A DNA stretch of 64,000 nucleotides, taken from Podarcis tiliguerta (taxonomy: Eukaryota). Position numbers and translations under genes: made by a program. The stretch is taken from NCBI GenBank assembly GCA_965153285.1, contig OZ229111.1; one strand, written 5' to 3'. The notes below the pieces were generated by a model, which had not been told where the DNA came from, searched no databases, and saw nothing but the letters and a program-made list of their open reading frames with translations. Of this stretch, positions 37,901-51,790 are shown in pieces (position 1 is the first letter of the stretch; every line of letters starts with the position of its first letter).

Positions 37901-40017
37901 GACAATCCTAAACATGTCTACTGAGAAGTAAGTCCTGTTGAATTGTGTAGGGTTCCTCCCCAGGTCAGTTGTGTTGGGATTGCAGCCTAGGCCTCATGCA
38001 GCCCAATCATTCATCTATCTATCTCTATCTCTATATGTCTCTTTACTCAGAAGTAAGCCCTGTTGAGTTGGGCTTACTCTCCCACAACTTTTTATAGGAT
38101 AACAATACTATTCCAGCTTTGTTGTGAGAGGGGAGTACCTATAAGAACCTTGTTTTGGGGCTATCTCAGATTTTCTTCATTGTACGAGTTACCTCCTATG
38201 AGCTAAGCTATAGAACTTGTGACTGCTTGCTCCCTAGGAATGGGGGAGACTTGATTCCATTCATATTTAAGGGTGAATCTACCAAATTCATGCTTTCCAA
38301 AACATTATGAAAAGTGAAACACAGCCATCCTTCTAAATGCTCTCTTATCTGAATTTTGCAATGAAGTTTACCAACCAATGTTTTCACAAACAAACAAACA
38401 AACAAACAAACAGACAGCACATTAAAAAGCTTTATATTAGGGGAAATTGCTTGCAAAAATGTGTACATTAGTCAACACTGCATAAAATGTTCTTATTAGG
38501 AAAAAGTCATACTCAAATGATAACGAATTTTCATGAAGATTTCTAGGGTTTTTTTGTTTGTTTTTTGCTTAATTGCAAATTGCTGCAGAAATGTGGAGAA
38601 CTGAATATAAGAATTTGGGTGGGGGATGCAACCAACTGATAGAATTGAAATGGGCAGATCCTTCCACCCTCACTTGCTGGGAGATGTTTGTTGGACATAT
38701 TCCTCCCAGTTCACCAAACTTCTCCCAGTTCTAAGCAGTGACTGCTGACAAAGCACAGAAAGAACAAAATGGTGTTAACTGCTTTTGCAGAAAAGTCATC
38801 TCCATTCCACTTGTATATAAAGGTTCCAGTGGACTAGTTTGGTTACATTCCACTTCAGGGAAAGAACTTGGCCTTTACAGACTCAGGGAAATAATTATTC
38901 ATTAATTATTTGCTAATATAGAAATTGCAGCATTGGGGGGGGGGGGGAGGTAAGTGCACTTTGCGATTGACTTTTATGGTGACCAGCAACTGGAAACACT
39001 TCATAAATCTGCTGCTTTCTAAACAAAGGATGCCATTAGTGAGGAGGTAATTTCTGCAAGGATTATATGTGGTGGAGCTGTCAGTTGTGGCAGATAAATT
39101 ATCACTAATAAAATTTTTGTTTCTACTGTTTCTCTGTTTAGACCAATGAGAGCCATTCCAAAAATGACACTTGGCACCCTCCCACATCAATCTCACAGAC
39201 ATTGCATTCATCTTGGCAGTCCAGCCGAATTAGGGAAAGCATGCTTGTTATTTCAAACAATGGCATGTTGCCATTGCTTCATAAAAATGAGATTTCCATT
39301 AGCATCTGACATGGGTTTGGAATACCGAAATAGTAGATTTCACAGCATTTCAGTAAACAGCTTAAACTTGTTCCCTGTACATTATCAGGCATTCTCTGCT
39401 TCTTTTTGACTCTTAAAAAGTATAATAATGATAATGAATTATAATGCCTTCTGCTTTGCATATGCCGCAGATGTACAGTGGGGGCCAAACTGTAGGCCTG
39501 GGCTATTGCAAACGTGAAATCTGCCCTCACTATACAGCATTCACTAAACATCAGGCTCATTTCTGACTAAGATACATAAAGATACTAAAGACAAATTAAG
39601 CTCAGCTATAATTTCTTTTATGCTTTTGAGTGCTGTGCATCCAAACATGCCACGTTATAAAGAGAAACATTTGCATCTTTTCTCCAAAGGAATTGAGGCA
39701 TTTTCCTTTGCCAAGCTTTAGTGAAATATTGTTCAACTCTCTCATTTTAATGTGCTCATAGTACATATATGTATATGTTTGACTTTGAGCACAGAAGCAG
39801 CAGCTATCAGACAACTGTAGGCCACATAATGTACCACCATGAAAGTAATTTGCCGTCCACCGAAAATGAGAAGAAAAAAAGAGGTCTGTTTCAAATATAC
39901 TTCCTCATGAATCGCTTGCTTCCTACTGAAAAGTGCTTCCAACTTGCCCAAATACAGAGGTAGTGTTACAGGGTTTTGTTCCTTTGGAAATAATGGTTGC
40001 AGTCACGGGGCAGCTTA

Positions 40018-40690
40018 TACCTGAAGGAGCGTCACCACCCCCATCGTTCTACCCAGACACTGAGGTCCAGCTCTGAGGGCCTTCTGGCTGTTCCCTCACT
40101 ACCAGAAGTGAGGTTACAGGGAACCAGCCAGAGGGCCTTCTCGGTAGTGCCGTCTGCCCTGTGGGACACCCTCCCACCAGATATCAAAGAAAAAAAACAA
40201 CTACCAACATCTGAAGGCAGCCCTGACGTTTTTAATGTCTGATGTTTTATTGTGTTTTAATATTCTGTTCGGGACGCGGGTGGCACTGTGGGTTAAACCA
40301 CAGATCGGTCTTGCCGATCCGAAGGTCGGCGGTTCAAATCCCCGCAACGGGGTGAGCTCCCGTTGCTCGGTCCCTGCTCCTGCCAACCTACCAGTTTGAA
40401 AGCATGTCAAAGTGCAAGTAGATAAATAGGTACCACTCCGGTGGGAAGGTAAACGGCGTTTCCGTGCGCTGCTCTGGTTTGGCAGAAGTGGCTTAGTCAT
40501 GCTGGCGACATGACCCGGAAGCTGTATGCCGCCTCCCTCAGCCAATAAAGCGAGATGAGCGCCACAACCCCAGAGTCGGTCATGACTGGACCTAATGGTC
40601 AGAGGTCCCTTTACCTTTACCTTTAATAGTCTGTTGAGAGCCGCCCAGAGTGGCTGGGGTATCTATGTATGTATAAATGAATAAATAATT
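40018..40690 (+). mobile_element. L2 3' fragment split by a Sauria SINE
   Basis: ORF 39997..40242 (YLKER...QRAFSVVPSALWDTLP) is the same family as 20731; the tail gccgcccagagtggctgggg resumes after the SINE. Confidence 0.8.
40271..40624 (+). mobile_element. Sauria SINE (POM/Squam1-type)
   Basis: tRNA-like head gggacgcgggtggc...ggttcaaatcc; (ACCTTT)n tail; TSD taatattctgtt/taatagtctgtt. Confidence 0.92.
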
Positions 40691-41271
40691 CATAACTTTT
40701 CCCTCTTCCATTATATTTTAATTTTCACAAGACATAAAAGACACTTCTGGAACTAAAGGGAAATGTACCATATTTATTTGGAGCATTTGTACCCCACTCT
40801 TCAGCCAAAAATGCTTCCAGAGCGGCTTATGTGAAATCAAAGGAAGACACTCCCTAACTGCAGGCTTATATTCAAATCAACAAACATACAAGAGAAAGGG
40901 GACAAGGGAACAGGAAAATAGAACTCCAATCTCAGGCACCAGTTTCTAGACAGTTGTTCCTATATTGTCCAGATGGCATAGTGCAGAAGCAGCAGGTGCA
41001 TGATGAAACTGGGCCTCCATCAAAGCCAATGTGATGAGTCCTGCTTCCTCTCTCCCACTGAGACAGCCTGATGAAATGGAGACCTGGCAGAGCTGGCCTG
41101 TCTCAGCAGAGCCAATGGAGTGCTTATTTAGTATTTATTTCTGTGTTATTTGCTTCCAGGAAAAAACCATCCATTTGCAAATAATGAGCTTGCACTATAT
41201 TCTACGATTTTTCCACTATATCCCACAATCATTGAAGAGGTAGCTTTTATATCATGTTAAGGCTCAAATAA

Positions 41272-41634
41272 GGGATGCGGGTGGCGCCGTGGGTAAAACC
41301 TCAGCGCCTAGGACTTGCCGATCGCATGGTCGGCGGTTCGAATCCCCTCGACGGGGTGCGCTCCCGTCGTTCGGTCCCAGCGCCTGCCAACCTAGCAGTT
41401 CGAAAGCACCTCCGGGTGCAAGTAGATAAATAGGGACCGCTTACCAGCTGGAAGGTAAACGGCGTTCCGTGTGCTGCGCTGGCTCGCCAGATGCAGCTTC
41501 GTCACGCTGGCCACGTGACCCGGAAGTGTCTGTGGACAGCGCTGGCTCCCAGCCTATAGAGTGAGATGAGCGCACCACCCTAGAGTCTGGCAAGACTGGC
41601 CCGTACGGGCAGGGGTACCTTTACCTTTACCTTT
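41272..41634 (+). mobile_element. Sauria SINE, distinct subfamily
   Basis: Same architecture with many diagnostic differences; perfect TSD ttaaggctcaaataa. Confidence 0.92.
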
Positions 41635-43461
41635 AAGGCTCAAATAAAATGTGTAAGTTAACAGAGAAATGTCGTGAAAATGGAATAAGCTGCCGTTTGA
41701 ATGCAGCCTATGAGAGCATTGAGATTTATGCCTTTACATAAGAGGAATGCAAGCAGAGCGTATTGGGGGCAATAAACTCCCACAGCAAGCAGCAAAACTA
41801 CCCACCTTGTACTTCCAGTGTGTGGGCAGGTGTGGGTGTGTTTCATCCCCATCATATTGGTATATGTGTATAGTTTGTGAAAACTATTCATGGTGCTGTC
41901 CAGCTCTATGACTCTATGGTTTGTTTCCAATAGCATCCATGGGACAAGCGTGAAAATGTGCCCAAGCTGTTAATGTCTGATCTTGTTTCCATTGAGTTGC
42001 ATTGTATTTCTGGGTATGTGAAGGTTGTCTGTCTGTGGTGTTGTTTGACCTGTGATGACTTTTCCACACCTGTCTATGCAATAAAACACACACACACTTG
42101 CAATTTACATTTTGCATTGTAAAACTGCAAGTGCAATGAAAAGAAATGGGGGGAAGCTTTTCTCTAATAATAGTCCAGTTATCTGAATAGTTTAAAACTC
42201 GGTACTAATTTGCTCCAATCTGCCTGTCAAAAACAATAAAAAACAGACACCACATTCTGTAGCATTAAGTGGGTAGTGATTGATTAAAAGAAACAAAATC
42301 AGAGTTTAAGCTGCCTGGAGGCTTTGATATGTAGATCAAAACCAAACATCACATTAATAGGAGTCATTAGGAAATGCAAACATGAACAAAAATGATGGTT
42401 TGGGTATAAATAACGATGACAATGACACCACAAAGGACTTGATCTTTCAAACTCTCAGTGTGCCTAATGAGCTTTGCTCCTATTAAAATAAGTTGGGCTT
42501 TCACCAGAACAAACCAAGCCCTGCATAAACATCTACAGGAATCGAAACCTGGATTAGTAAGCTAATTTTGTTTATGGGGCAAGCTTACATTATACGACTA
42601 CATCATAAATTTCAACCTAAGTATTCCACTTACCATAACAGAAATAGATAATGTAATCATAATCCATTACAAGGATCTGAATCTACTGAGAGGTCTTTGT
42701 GCTATCTCAGACCAAGGAAATAAAATCAGTGTTATATCAATGTCAGCGGAGCAATTAATGGCTTATGTTCATTTTCCTCTACAACTGAGGGAGTTTTAAA
42801 AAATATTGAACCATGATAAGCTGAGAGGTAAGTTGCATGATTGATACTGATAAAAATCAATGTCTTGTTTTTTTGTTTTTTTTAAATGTTCTCGATATTT
42901 TTAAGCTTCTGGAAAATCTTGGGTTGAATGATTGAAGAGGAATGCTATTGTCAATCAACTAAACAAGTTATTCTTTATGATATCAGCTTAGAATGGTGAG
43001 AAAGTTTCCCAATAGCTAGCACACTACTATGCTTTAATAAAGATAGGATCAGCTGTGTTCTTTTTCTGTTTTGGCTATTATTCTAGCACCAGGCAAGCTT
43101 AGCCAATGAGCCCAATTTTGTCATGCTCCATCCATGCATGACTTGCCAAATTCTCCCCAGCCTCTGCTGTGGCTTGCTGTGGTTGTTTCTCTCCTTGAAC
43201 TTCACTTTGCGTTTTCTGGTTGCATTCCAAGATCTCATCAGGAGAGCAATATATTGGGCATCAAAAGTTGAAAGCTGATAGCACTAGGAGCATGACCAAA
43301 AGTGTTCCTCTCACCAACAGGGAATTAGCAGATATATGCAATAAATTAGCAGCAATGTTGCAGTAGGAACACAGCATGCTAGATCCTACAAACATCATTT
43401 GCCCCAGAGAATGTATTTTGCATAGTTCCAGTGTTTGATGTATGTACTGAAAAGAAAGAAT

Positions 43462-44360
43462 TTGTTGTTGTTGTTGTTTAGTCGTGTCTGACTCTTCGTG
43501 ACCCCATGGACCAGAGCACGCCAGGCACTTCTGTCCTCCACTGCCTCCCGCAGTTTGATCAAACTCATGCTGGTAGCTTCAAGAACACCATCCAACCATC
43601 TCATCCTCTGTCGTCCCCTTCTCCTTGTGCCCTCCATCTTTCCCAACATCAGGGTCTTTTCCAGGGAGTCTTTCTTCTCATGAGGCGGCCAAAGTATTGG
43701 AGCATCAGCTTCACGATCTGTCCTTCCAGTGAGCACTCAGGGCTGATTTCCTTAAGAATGGATACGTTTGATCTTCTTGCAGTCCATGGGACTCTCAAGA
43801 GTCTTCTCCAGCACCATAATTCAAAAGCGTCAATTCTTCGGCAATCAGCCTTCTTTATGGTCCAGCTCTCACTTCCATACATCACTACTGGGAAAACCAT
43901 AGCTTTTATTATACGGACCTTTGTTGGCAAGGTGATGTATCTACTTTTTAAGATGCTGTCTACGTTTGTCATTGCTTTTCTCCCAAGAAGCAGGCGTCTC
44001 TTAATTTCGTGGCTGCTGTCACCATCTGCAGTGATCATGGAGCCCAAGAAAGTAAAATCTCTTACTGCCTCCATTTCTTCCCCTTCTATTTGCCAGGAGG
44101 TGATGGGACCAGTGGCCATGATCTTCGTTTTTTTGATGTTGAGCTTCAGACCATATTTTGCGCTCTCCTCTTTCACCCTCAATAAAAGGTTCTTTAATTC
44201 CTCCTCACTTTCTGCCATCAAGGTTGTGTCATCTGCATATCTGAGGTTGTTGATATTTCTTCCGGCAATCTTAATTCCGGCTTTGGATTCATCCAGCCCA
44301 GCCTTTCGCATGATGAATTCTGCATATAAGTTAAATAAGCAGGGAGACAATATACAGCCT
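43462..44360 (-). mobile_element. RTE-BovB LINE, 5'-truncated ~900 bp (RT C-terminal half)
   Basis: ORF 43649..44350 contains INNLRYADDTTL, LKLNIKKTKIM and MYGSESWT; frameshift near 43670; (CAA)n tail. Confidence 0.95.
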
Positions 44361-44628
44361 TAGATATTGTCAATTATAACTTTAACACTGAAAAAAACCA
44401 ATAATGAATCAACTTGTAGTATTACTGGGATATCATCTGTTTAGTGACAATAGGTTCAGATAATGCATAGCCTGGTTGCTTATCCATGTGGATGTTTTCC
44501 ATATCAGGACAGTGTGAAAAAAAATCACATGGGAAGAAAAAGGGAAGACTTCTCAAACACAGAAATGAGCAGGCAGTTTTCTCCAATGCCCAAGGCCCCT
44601 TTGGATCAAAGCCAGCCACTTTCATTAG

Positions 44629-44972
44629 GTAAAGGTAAAGGACCCCTGACAGTTAAGTCCAGTCACAGACGACTCAGGGGTTGCGGTGTTCATCTCACTT
44701 TATTGGCTGAGGGAGCCGGCGTACAGCTTCTGGGTCAGTGGCCAGCATGACTAAGCTGCTTCTGGTGAACCAGAGCAGCGCACGGAAATGCTGTTTACCT
44801 TCCCGCCGGAGTGGTACCTATTTATCTACTTGCACTTTGACGTGCTTTCGAACTGCTAGGTTGGCAGGAGCAGCAATGAGAGCTCACCCCGTCGTGGGGA
44901 TTCGAACTGCTGACCTTCTGATTGGCAAGTCCTAGGCTCTGTGGTTTAACCCACAGCACCACCTGCATCCCC
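44629..44972 (-). mobile_element. Sauria SINE
   Basis: Reverse-complement copy; TSD ccactttcattag. Confidence 0.92.
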
Positions 44973-46131
44973 CCACTTTCATTAGCTCTCCTAAAAATCA
45001 GTACAATATGTGAGAAAAATGAACGGAAGCACTCTTGTGGTCATGAAAGGTCCTCAATCCAGTGAAAGCTGTCACTGGTGCAAAGGAAGGAATTTAATAT
45101 TGCTGACCCATCTTTCCCTCAGAACGATTCCCATGCTTTTCTGGAAGATCCAACCCTCCATAGCATATGGTGGCGGGGGGCAACAGGGAGCTGCGGGGGG
45201 GGGGGATCATCATGTGATCATCATGTGAAGAGTGCTAAAGCTAATCGCCACAGGCAGTGGGAAGACCACCAATCCGTTTATTATCCAGACTACCCATATC
45301 AAGGAAGGTAACACAAAAGAATTCTACCCTGGCGCCGTTTCTTCACCTTCCCTGCTTAACTTGGCTCTTTTACCCACATAAAACCTCTTTGTTTTATGGT
45401 TGTCATAAAATATGTTTGGTGGGTTTGAGTGAAAAATGGACACCTCAACAGAACATGAAATATGACAGACTGCAGAGAAGGAGAAGTGGAGCATGTGGGT
45501 GGGATGGGAAGGAAGAGAGGGTGGGGGGCACACACATTTCTCAGCAGCAGTTGCAGATAAACATATCATCTAACTAATAAAACAGGACACTGGATAAGGT
45601 GCAAAAAAACTGCAGACTGCAATGTTAGCTTTCTCCCGCAGAACTGCAGCTATAATTTCTCGCACTAGCATTTGAGTTAACACATGGAGGCCAGCAAAGC
45701 TCTTTCACTTAAAACCTGCAAATGTTCTCAAGAGGTTTCCTCAAACTATGGAATGAAGTTTTAATTAGGCCAAAAATGTAACGTAATCTTTACCACTTTG
45801 TGTGGCCTCTGTGAGCCCAGAAGAAACGGAGGCTCCTTCCTCACACCAGCCCCCCCCCCGCCCGCCCGCCTGCCCAGGCTGAAATGCTTCCATTGTGCAA
45901 AGCTTTTGTTCATGGAATTCCATTACTTCTTCCTTGAGACACCTACCAGTAGTTCTTGCTTTCCTGAAGAAAAAAAAACTTTCTCAACCAAAATGGACAC
46001 TGCCTCTTTAAAGGGGATTTAAACCACGAACAGGCTTGTTAAACAGTGGTGGGGAAGCTCAAGTATGGAAAGTCCTCCATGGGCCTCTCTGTCAAGCCAT
46101 TGGGACTTTCTGTGGGGTATATCCCTCATGG

Positions 46132-46313
46132 CAAGGGTGCCAACTTGAATAAGATACTGTGGGGCTCAGGTAAGCCCCGGCCTGCATATTCAATCACATG
46201 ATGTGGTGCATGTACACCATTTGAATGGCAATGCCCATCAACTGGGGGGACAACCCCTCAAATGTTTTATGGGGGGCATGAAGCCCCCTTGGCCCTAGGA
46301 GTTGGCTTCTATG
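46132..46313. mobile_element. hAT-type MITE
   Basis: Imperfect TIR caagggtgccaact / agttggcttctatg; 8-bp flanks cctcatgg/cctcacag. Confidence 0.55.
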
Positions 46314-48937
46314 CCTCACAGGCCTTGCCATCCGCCCTCTTCAGGCGCTTCTGCCAAGCTGGAAAATATTGTTGTCATGTGCTATATTACCTCTTGCTTG
46401 CTTGGAGAGCTGTAGATAGAACCCCCTGGTTTTTGCATGGCTGAAATGTAGCATACTGTACAAAGGCAAGAGAGCTTGACCCAATGCCATTTTGTTTTTA
46501 GCTGCAGTCATCATACCCTACACTGTGGAATTCCCTCCCCACGGAGATGTTTTGGGCACCTTCATTGTGCAGTTTTTGAATAATGATTTCAAGTGATTTG
46601 AATATTTCAGCTGCAAGTCCTCAAAGGGAGGATATTTATTCATTCAGTTTTTATTTTATTTTATTATTTAGAGCCAACAGGTTTTTTAGGAATTAGAATC
46701 ACATTTGCACGTTGCTACTGGACAGAACATAAAGCCTGTTGTGGAAGTTCAGAGGCAACACTTCCCATTTCTATTAATACCTGTTTACCCACGGTGAAGA
46801 ATTAGGAGGGATACTTCAGGTTCATTTATAGTGCAAGAATCAGACGACCACTCTTAAGCATTTCTGAATGCTATGGTGATTATACACAATTAGTTTTAGG
46901 ACTCTTTCTAGTCTGGTTATAACCCATGATGGGCCTTTCTATGAATAACTGTGTGCAGATAGTCAAGTTTCTATTGCCATATTGCCGTGGGTACAGATTT
47001 ACTCCTCCACATATTTAACTTAACCTTAGGTTGTGCAGGGAAGCAGAAGTATTTTAATACTCTATGGGGAGAATACACCACTCTGGATTGTATTGTACAG
47101 TACGGGATTGACATTTAACTTAGAAGGGCTTGAGAGGCAATTTCCCTAACTATTCTACTTTCTCTTCGACAGAAATCAAGTGGAGCAATGCATAATATGA
47201 GAATTACAACAAACAAGAAATGCTTTTAAGGAGCTTAGCCTTAATCTCAGACTCTTGCCAGCTGTGAGAAGCTGCCCTCAGAAGAGTCAGGTCAGGTAAG
47301 GTGCTGATACTTCCTGTCCCAGCTGCGGCCTCACACAGCCTTCTAGACGATTCCATGACTGAAGAAAAGCGCTAAGCCTCTAAAGATGCCCACCCAACAT
47401 TTTAATAATAGACCATTCAAAATTATTTCTAAAGGGAGGGAGGGCTGAAATATGAAGGCTCAAACTGGCAAAGTGGAAGTGAGGACAGAGAAATGATCTT
47501 GTGCTCCTCTGTCCATTTCCTGCTTTTAAATGATTCACCCCACCCCACCCCGGCCATTGTTTCCTAGTGGAGGAAAATATTTAGTCATGCCCGGGAGCAT
47601 GTATGTGTGAGGAGATAAGGTAGGTTTTGCACCCTGGCAAGGGCTATGTTCTGGCGTTCTTTATGCCAGGACTTTGGATGATATGATGATTGTGGAAAGG
47701 GGGGGTGGGGGTTGACATCAGAACCCCACTTGACACATTTTTCCCAGGATGCTTACTGTTCTGATGAACCACAAGTAATATGGGGGAGGAATAGAGGGCA
47801 TGTATGGCAACCTGTTGTGCTATCATATTATTCGCATGTAGGAATTAATTGCAATCAGAGTATGTGGAAGAGCAGAGCCGCTCTCCTGGCACCAGGTTCA
47901 CTGCTGTTTACCTGAACAGGGCTGGGGTGGAGGTCAGACAGTTAAGGAGAGCTGCATTGATGCTGGCGTTCTCATTGGTGCAAACACACAACCCCAAATC
48001 TGCCAATGTCCTGCCCGAACACCGTCCAGACTCTGCAGTGCCACACTCAGCACCATTACAGATTATAAGACCAGAGTAGTGATAGCAATGGTACCAGCAC
48101 TATTACCACTGTTCTGATAAAGATCTAGAAAAAGCAAGATTTAAATTAGAATGATGTTGGTACAAACAGCTTCCCAGGATTCTGGTATGTGCCTGCCATG
48201 AGTTTAAATTTCTTAAGGATTGAGTAAGTGCATGTACATAGGCCTTGTCAGATAGAAGATTGTTTATTATTATTAATAATAATATTAAAATCCTGCCTTT
48301 TCCCTTGACAGGGACTCAAGGCAGCTTACAGATAAAATAAGAACAGCTAAAAGCATAGGAGGATAATTTTTTAAAAAAATTAAACATTAATAGAATTAAA
48401 ATCTCTCTCTTTCTCTCTAATATCTGTTATGTATTCTGTGGTCTGTGTTTGCCTGAGCTTGAGTCTGGACTAAAGATTCCAGATTGTCCAGTTCTGTTAG
48501 CTCAATAAAGGTTCTTGCTGTTATCACTGTGTCTTGCCTCATGGGAATCCACGTACACTTCAGTATCTATTGAAAATAGACAGGCAATCACAACGGCACC
48601 AGCCCCCTCATTAAAAGTAGTCAGTTCCCCAAAGCCTGTTGGAACAAGCAGGTCTTCATCTGCTGCCAGAAGGACCACAGGGAGGCAGCCAATCTAATTT
48701 CTCTTGGGAAGTCTGGAAGCAGCCACTGAGAAGGCCCTCTACCACAAGTATGCCTGTGAGGGTGATGGGGCTGACAGAAGGGCCTCTCCTGAAGATCTCA
48801 GAATCTGGGCAGGTTCATATGAGGAAATACAGTCTTTCAGATAGCTTAGATCTAAGCTACATAGGGCTTTATAGTTCATAACCAGTGCTGTGAATGAGGT
48901 CAAACTGTAAGGTGCCTCCAGCAGTAAAAATATAATA

Positions 48938-49165
48938 CAGTGGTACCTTGGTTTACGAACTTAATCCATTCCTGAAGTCCGTTCTTAAACCAAATCCAAT
49001 CTTAAACCGAAGTACGCTTTCCCTAATGAGGCCTCCTGCCGCTGGTGCCCTTCCACCGTTCGGCTTCCATTCTTAGACTGAGGTAAAGTTCGCAAACTGG
49101 GACACTACTTCTGGTTAAACCGAATCGTTCATAAACAGGACTGTTCGTAAACTGAGGTACCACTG
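48938..49165. mobile_element. Tc1/mariner MITE, family B
   Basis: cagtggtaccttggtttacgaac / gttcgtaaactgaggtaccactg; TA flanks. Confidence 0.88.
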
Positions 49166-51790
49166 TATCTTTAATATTCTTTGATATCGGTGTCTCCATA
49201 TGTGCCACTGAAACTGATGCACAATCTTTGAAAATACATTATTATATAATAAGTTACCGTAGCATAATCACTACAGGGTCCTTTTGTACAGCCTATGCTT
49301 GGTTCTCCATTGTGTAGAATAATAGACTGTAAACTCTTGGCTCTAAAGGAATGGGCAAAATAGTGCCAAAAATAGTTTTGACCTCTGCCGCTGATCTTTT
49401 TGAATTGTAACCACAACCTGGTCTTCAGCAGATGCCTGTATGCAATGTCCCCCACCCTACTCGATTTTAAGCATCTTGACCTGTTGAATGGCAATTATGA
49501 GAACAACAATAAATCTGTCACAGAAAGCATGTAAAGTGTTTTTTTTTTTTTAAAAAAGAAACAAATTCATGGTTAACTAGCAATGAAAAGGGGTTTATGG
49601 ACTATATTACTCCTGGAAATGGCAGAGTGTCTTTTTCTACTTGTGCAAATGGATGTCCTTAGGCATCTCAGCTCTGACTGGGAGTCAAAAATCATTTGCT
49701 TCAAATTGTTTATGAGAAGGCTTATTATCCCTGTAATGAAAAAAGAATGACAATAAAGCTTTACCTTTTCACCTTACCTGAGTGCAAATGGAGTGCTGGT
49801 GTTTAAAGGGGGGGGGGGACGACTGCACAAGCCATTTAGCCCAAGCTTCTTTGCCCCACTTGTGAATCTGCTGCTGCTAAACAAACAGCAAGTCATGTGA
49901 TTTAAAAAACACCTTATAACCATAGACCTAAACTCAACAGACCATGCAAAATGTTAGCTTTGTCACATTCCGAGAAGCTCGGGCAATCAAATAACAAGTA
50001 GACCCATTCATTCCTATCTTTTAGACCAAGGAGTTCATTCCCCCCACATCACCATGTCAAATGTCTATATGTAATTAGCTGATGTATTAGTGTAAACTTC
50101 TATTTAAGATAGAATTTTCAAAACACACTTTGGAATCAAGCAGCCTTTCAGAAGATGGATAAACGATAAGCCTCCTGTCAGACATAAAATCCTCAATATT
50201 TCCCCCTCCCTACTTTAATATAAACAATTATTTTTCATTCAAAAAGTTCATAAGCTCTTTAAGTTTCCTGTTTGGTCTTGTTCATGAGCATTTTCATAAA
50301 GCAAAGTTTCCCAAGTTCATAGCCATTCATTATCTCTCTTTCTTTTTGCCTCAAAAAAACCCCCAAGCTCATAATAGTTGAACATTCAGACTTGGCTATA
50401 GATTATTCTTGTCAGGTGTGATTTATTTGTATGAGAAAGGAAGGGGAAACTTCCCTATGCTAACTCTCAGCACTTGGCTCTTAGATGTGGAATGATGTAC
50501 ACTTTCAAGATATAATACCATTATGTGTTGTTATCTGAGCACCAGAAAGCTAGTGAGACATCCCAACGTTGATGCCCAGAGCAAAACAGTAAGCTCTGAT
50601 GCACAATAAGTCCTGATGAAGTGCACTATAGTCCACAAAAGACTATGCAGTCATAAATGTTTAAGTCTTTAACGCTTCTTTTCATTTTATTTTTTTGCTG
50701 CATACAATAATCTTTCATAGTCCAGCCTAAAAATCAGGGTATGCAAGTCTATAAGCATAGGCCTTTATATGTTGGTCACGGGACAATCTAAAGGGTGGCT
50801 GTCTGCTAGGGCAAGGTTGCATGGATGGGTTTTGCAGGCCAGGTACAATTCATGATGCTGTACTACGCTCTCAACTTACCCATCCTGCAGCTTGTACATA
50901 CTTGCATTTTAAGTTTGTCAGAGTGTTTTATAGTCTTCTCCCCCTCACAATAACTCTGTAGACTATAGTGCAATTTTAGCAGAACATCAAAAAGAACAGC
51001 ACTCCACCTTTAAAACTATATTTTTATGGCACAAGTTCTTGGGAGCTAAAGTTCTCTTCATCAAATGCATCACTCTTGGCCATCCATGGAAGTTTATGGA
51101 ATAATACATTTCTGCTGTAAACCATGGCTAGCTGGCTACCCCTTTCATTAAAAGGATACCAGAATAATGTTCCCAACAGCACACGATGAGCCAGTTGACC
51201 TGGTGTGCTTGTTTTTTAAAAGCTATGAAGACAAGGAGGCCATTGACCGTTGGCTTACTGAGTAAGACAATTTGCAGGCAATATTCTCCCCTAAGGGTGT
51301 GATGCAGCCTAAGGGTTTTAAGTATCACCACCAACTCCTCCTTGCAAACTCATGACACCTGTCTCAATAAATATTAATAAAAAGCAACCTACTTAAACTA
51401 GCAACCACACCCTTTTCCTGCTAGCTACAAAGAATGTGATCTGGGCTATGACTTTCAAGACAACAACTCTGAGCATGCTTCAAGGCAGCCCTTCCTAGGC
51501 TGATACAATACTGTCAATGTTGGTTAGCCCTCATAACAATGGATGGAGTGGAAACCTTCATAGGGCAGTCCCTATGAAGGGCAGTCCAATTAGTCACGGG
51601 GTTTTTCTGCTTAGAGACACACTGGAGGGGCCCCTTTGCCATAGCTATGTTTTTAGAATAGGGTTGTTTGAGTGCTACAAGGAACTGAATGCCAGAAATG
51701 TTTGCAGAGCTTCAAATAGAAGTATAAAATGTGTGGGGAACAGAAAAGAGTATGCGGCTTTGAGATTTGGTGTATGTATGTGTTAAAATA

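Noticed and set aside
43506-44363. 285-aa plus-strand ORF, the longest in the window
   Set aside because: Antisense frame of the BovB RT fragment.
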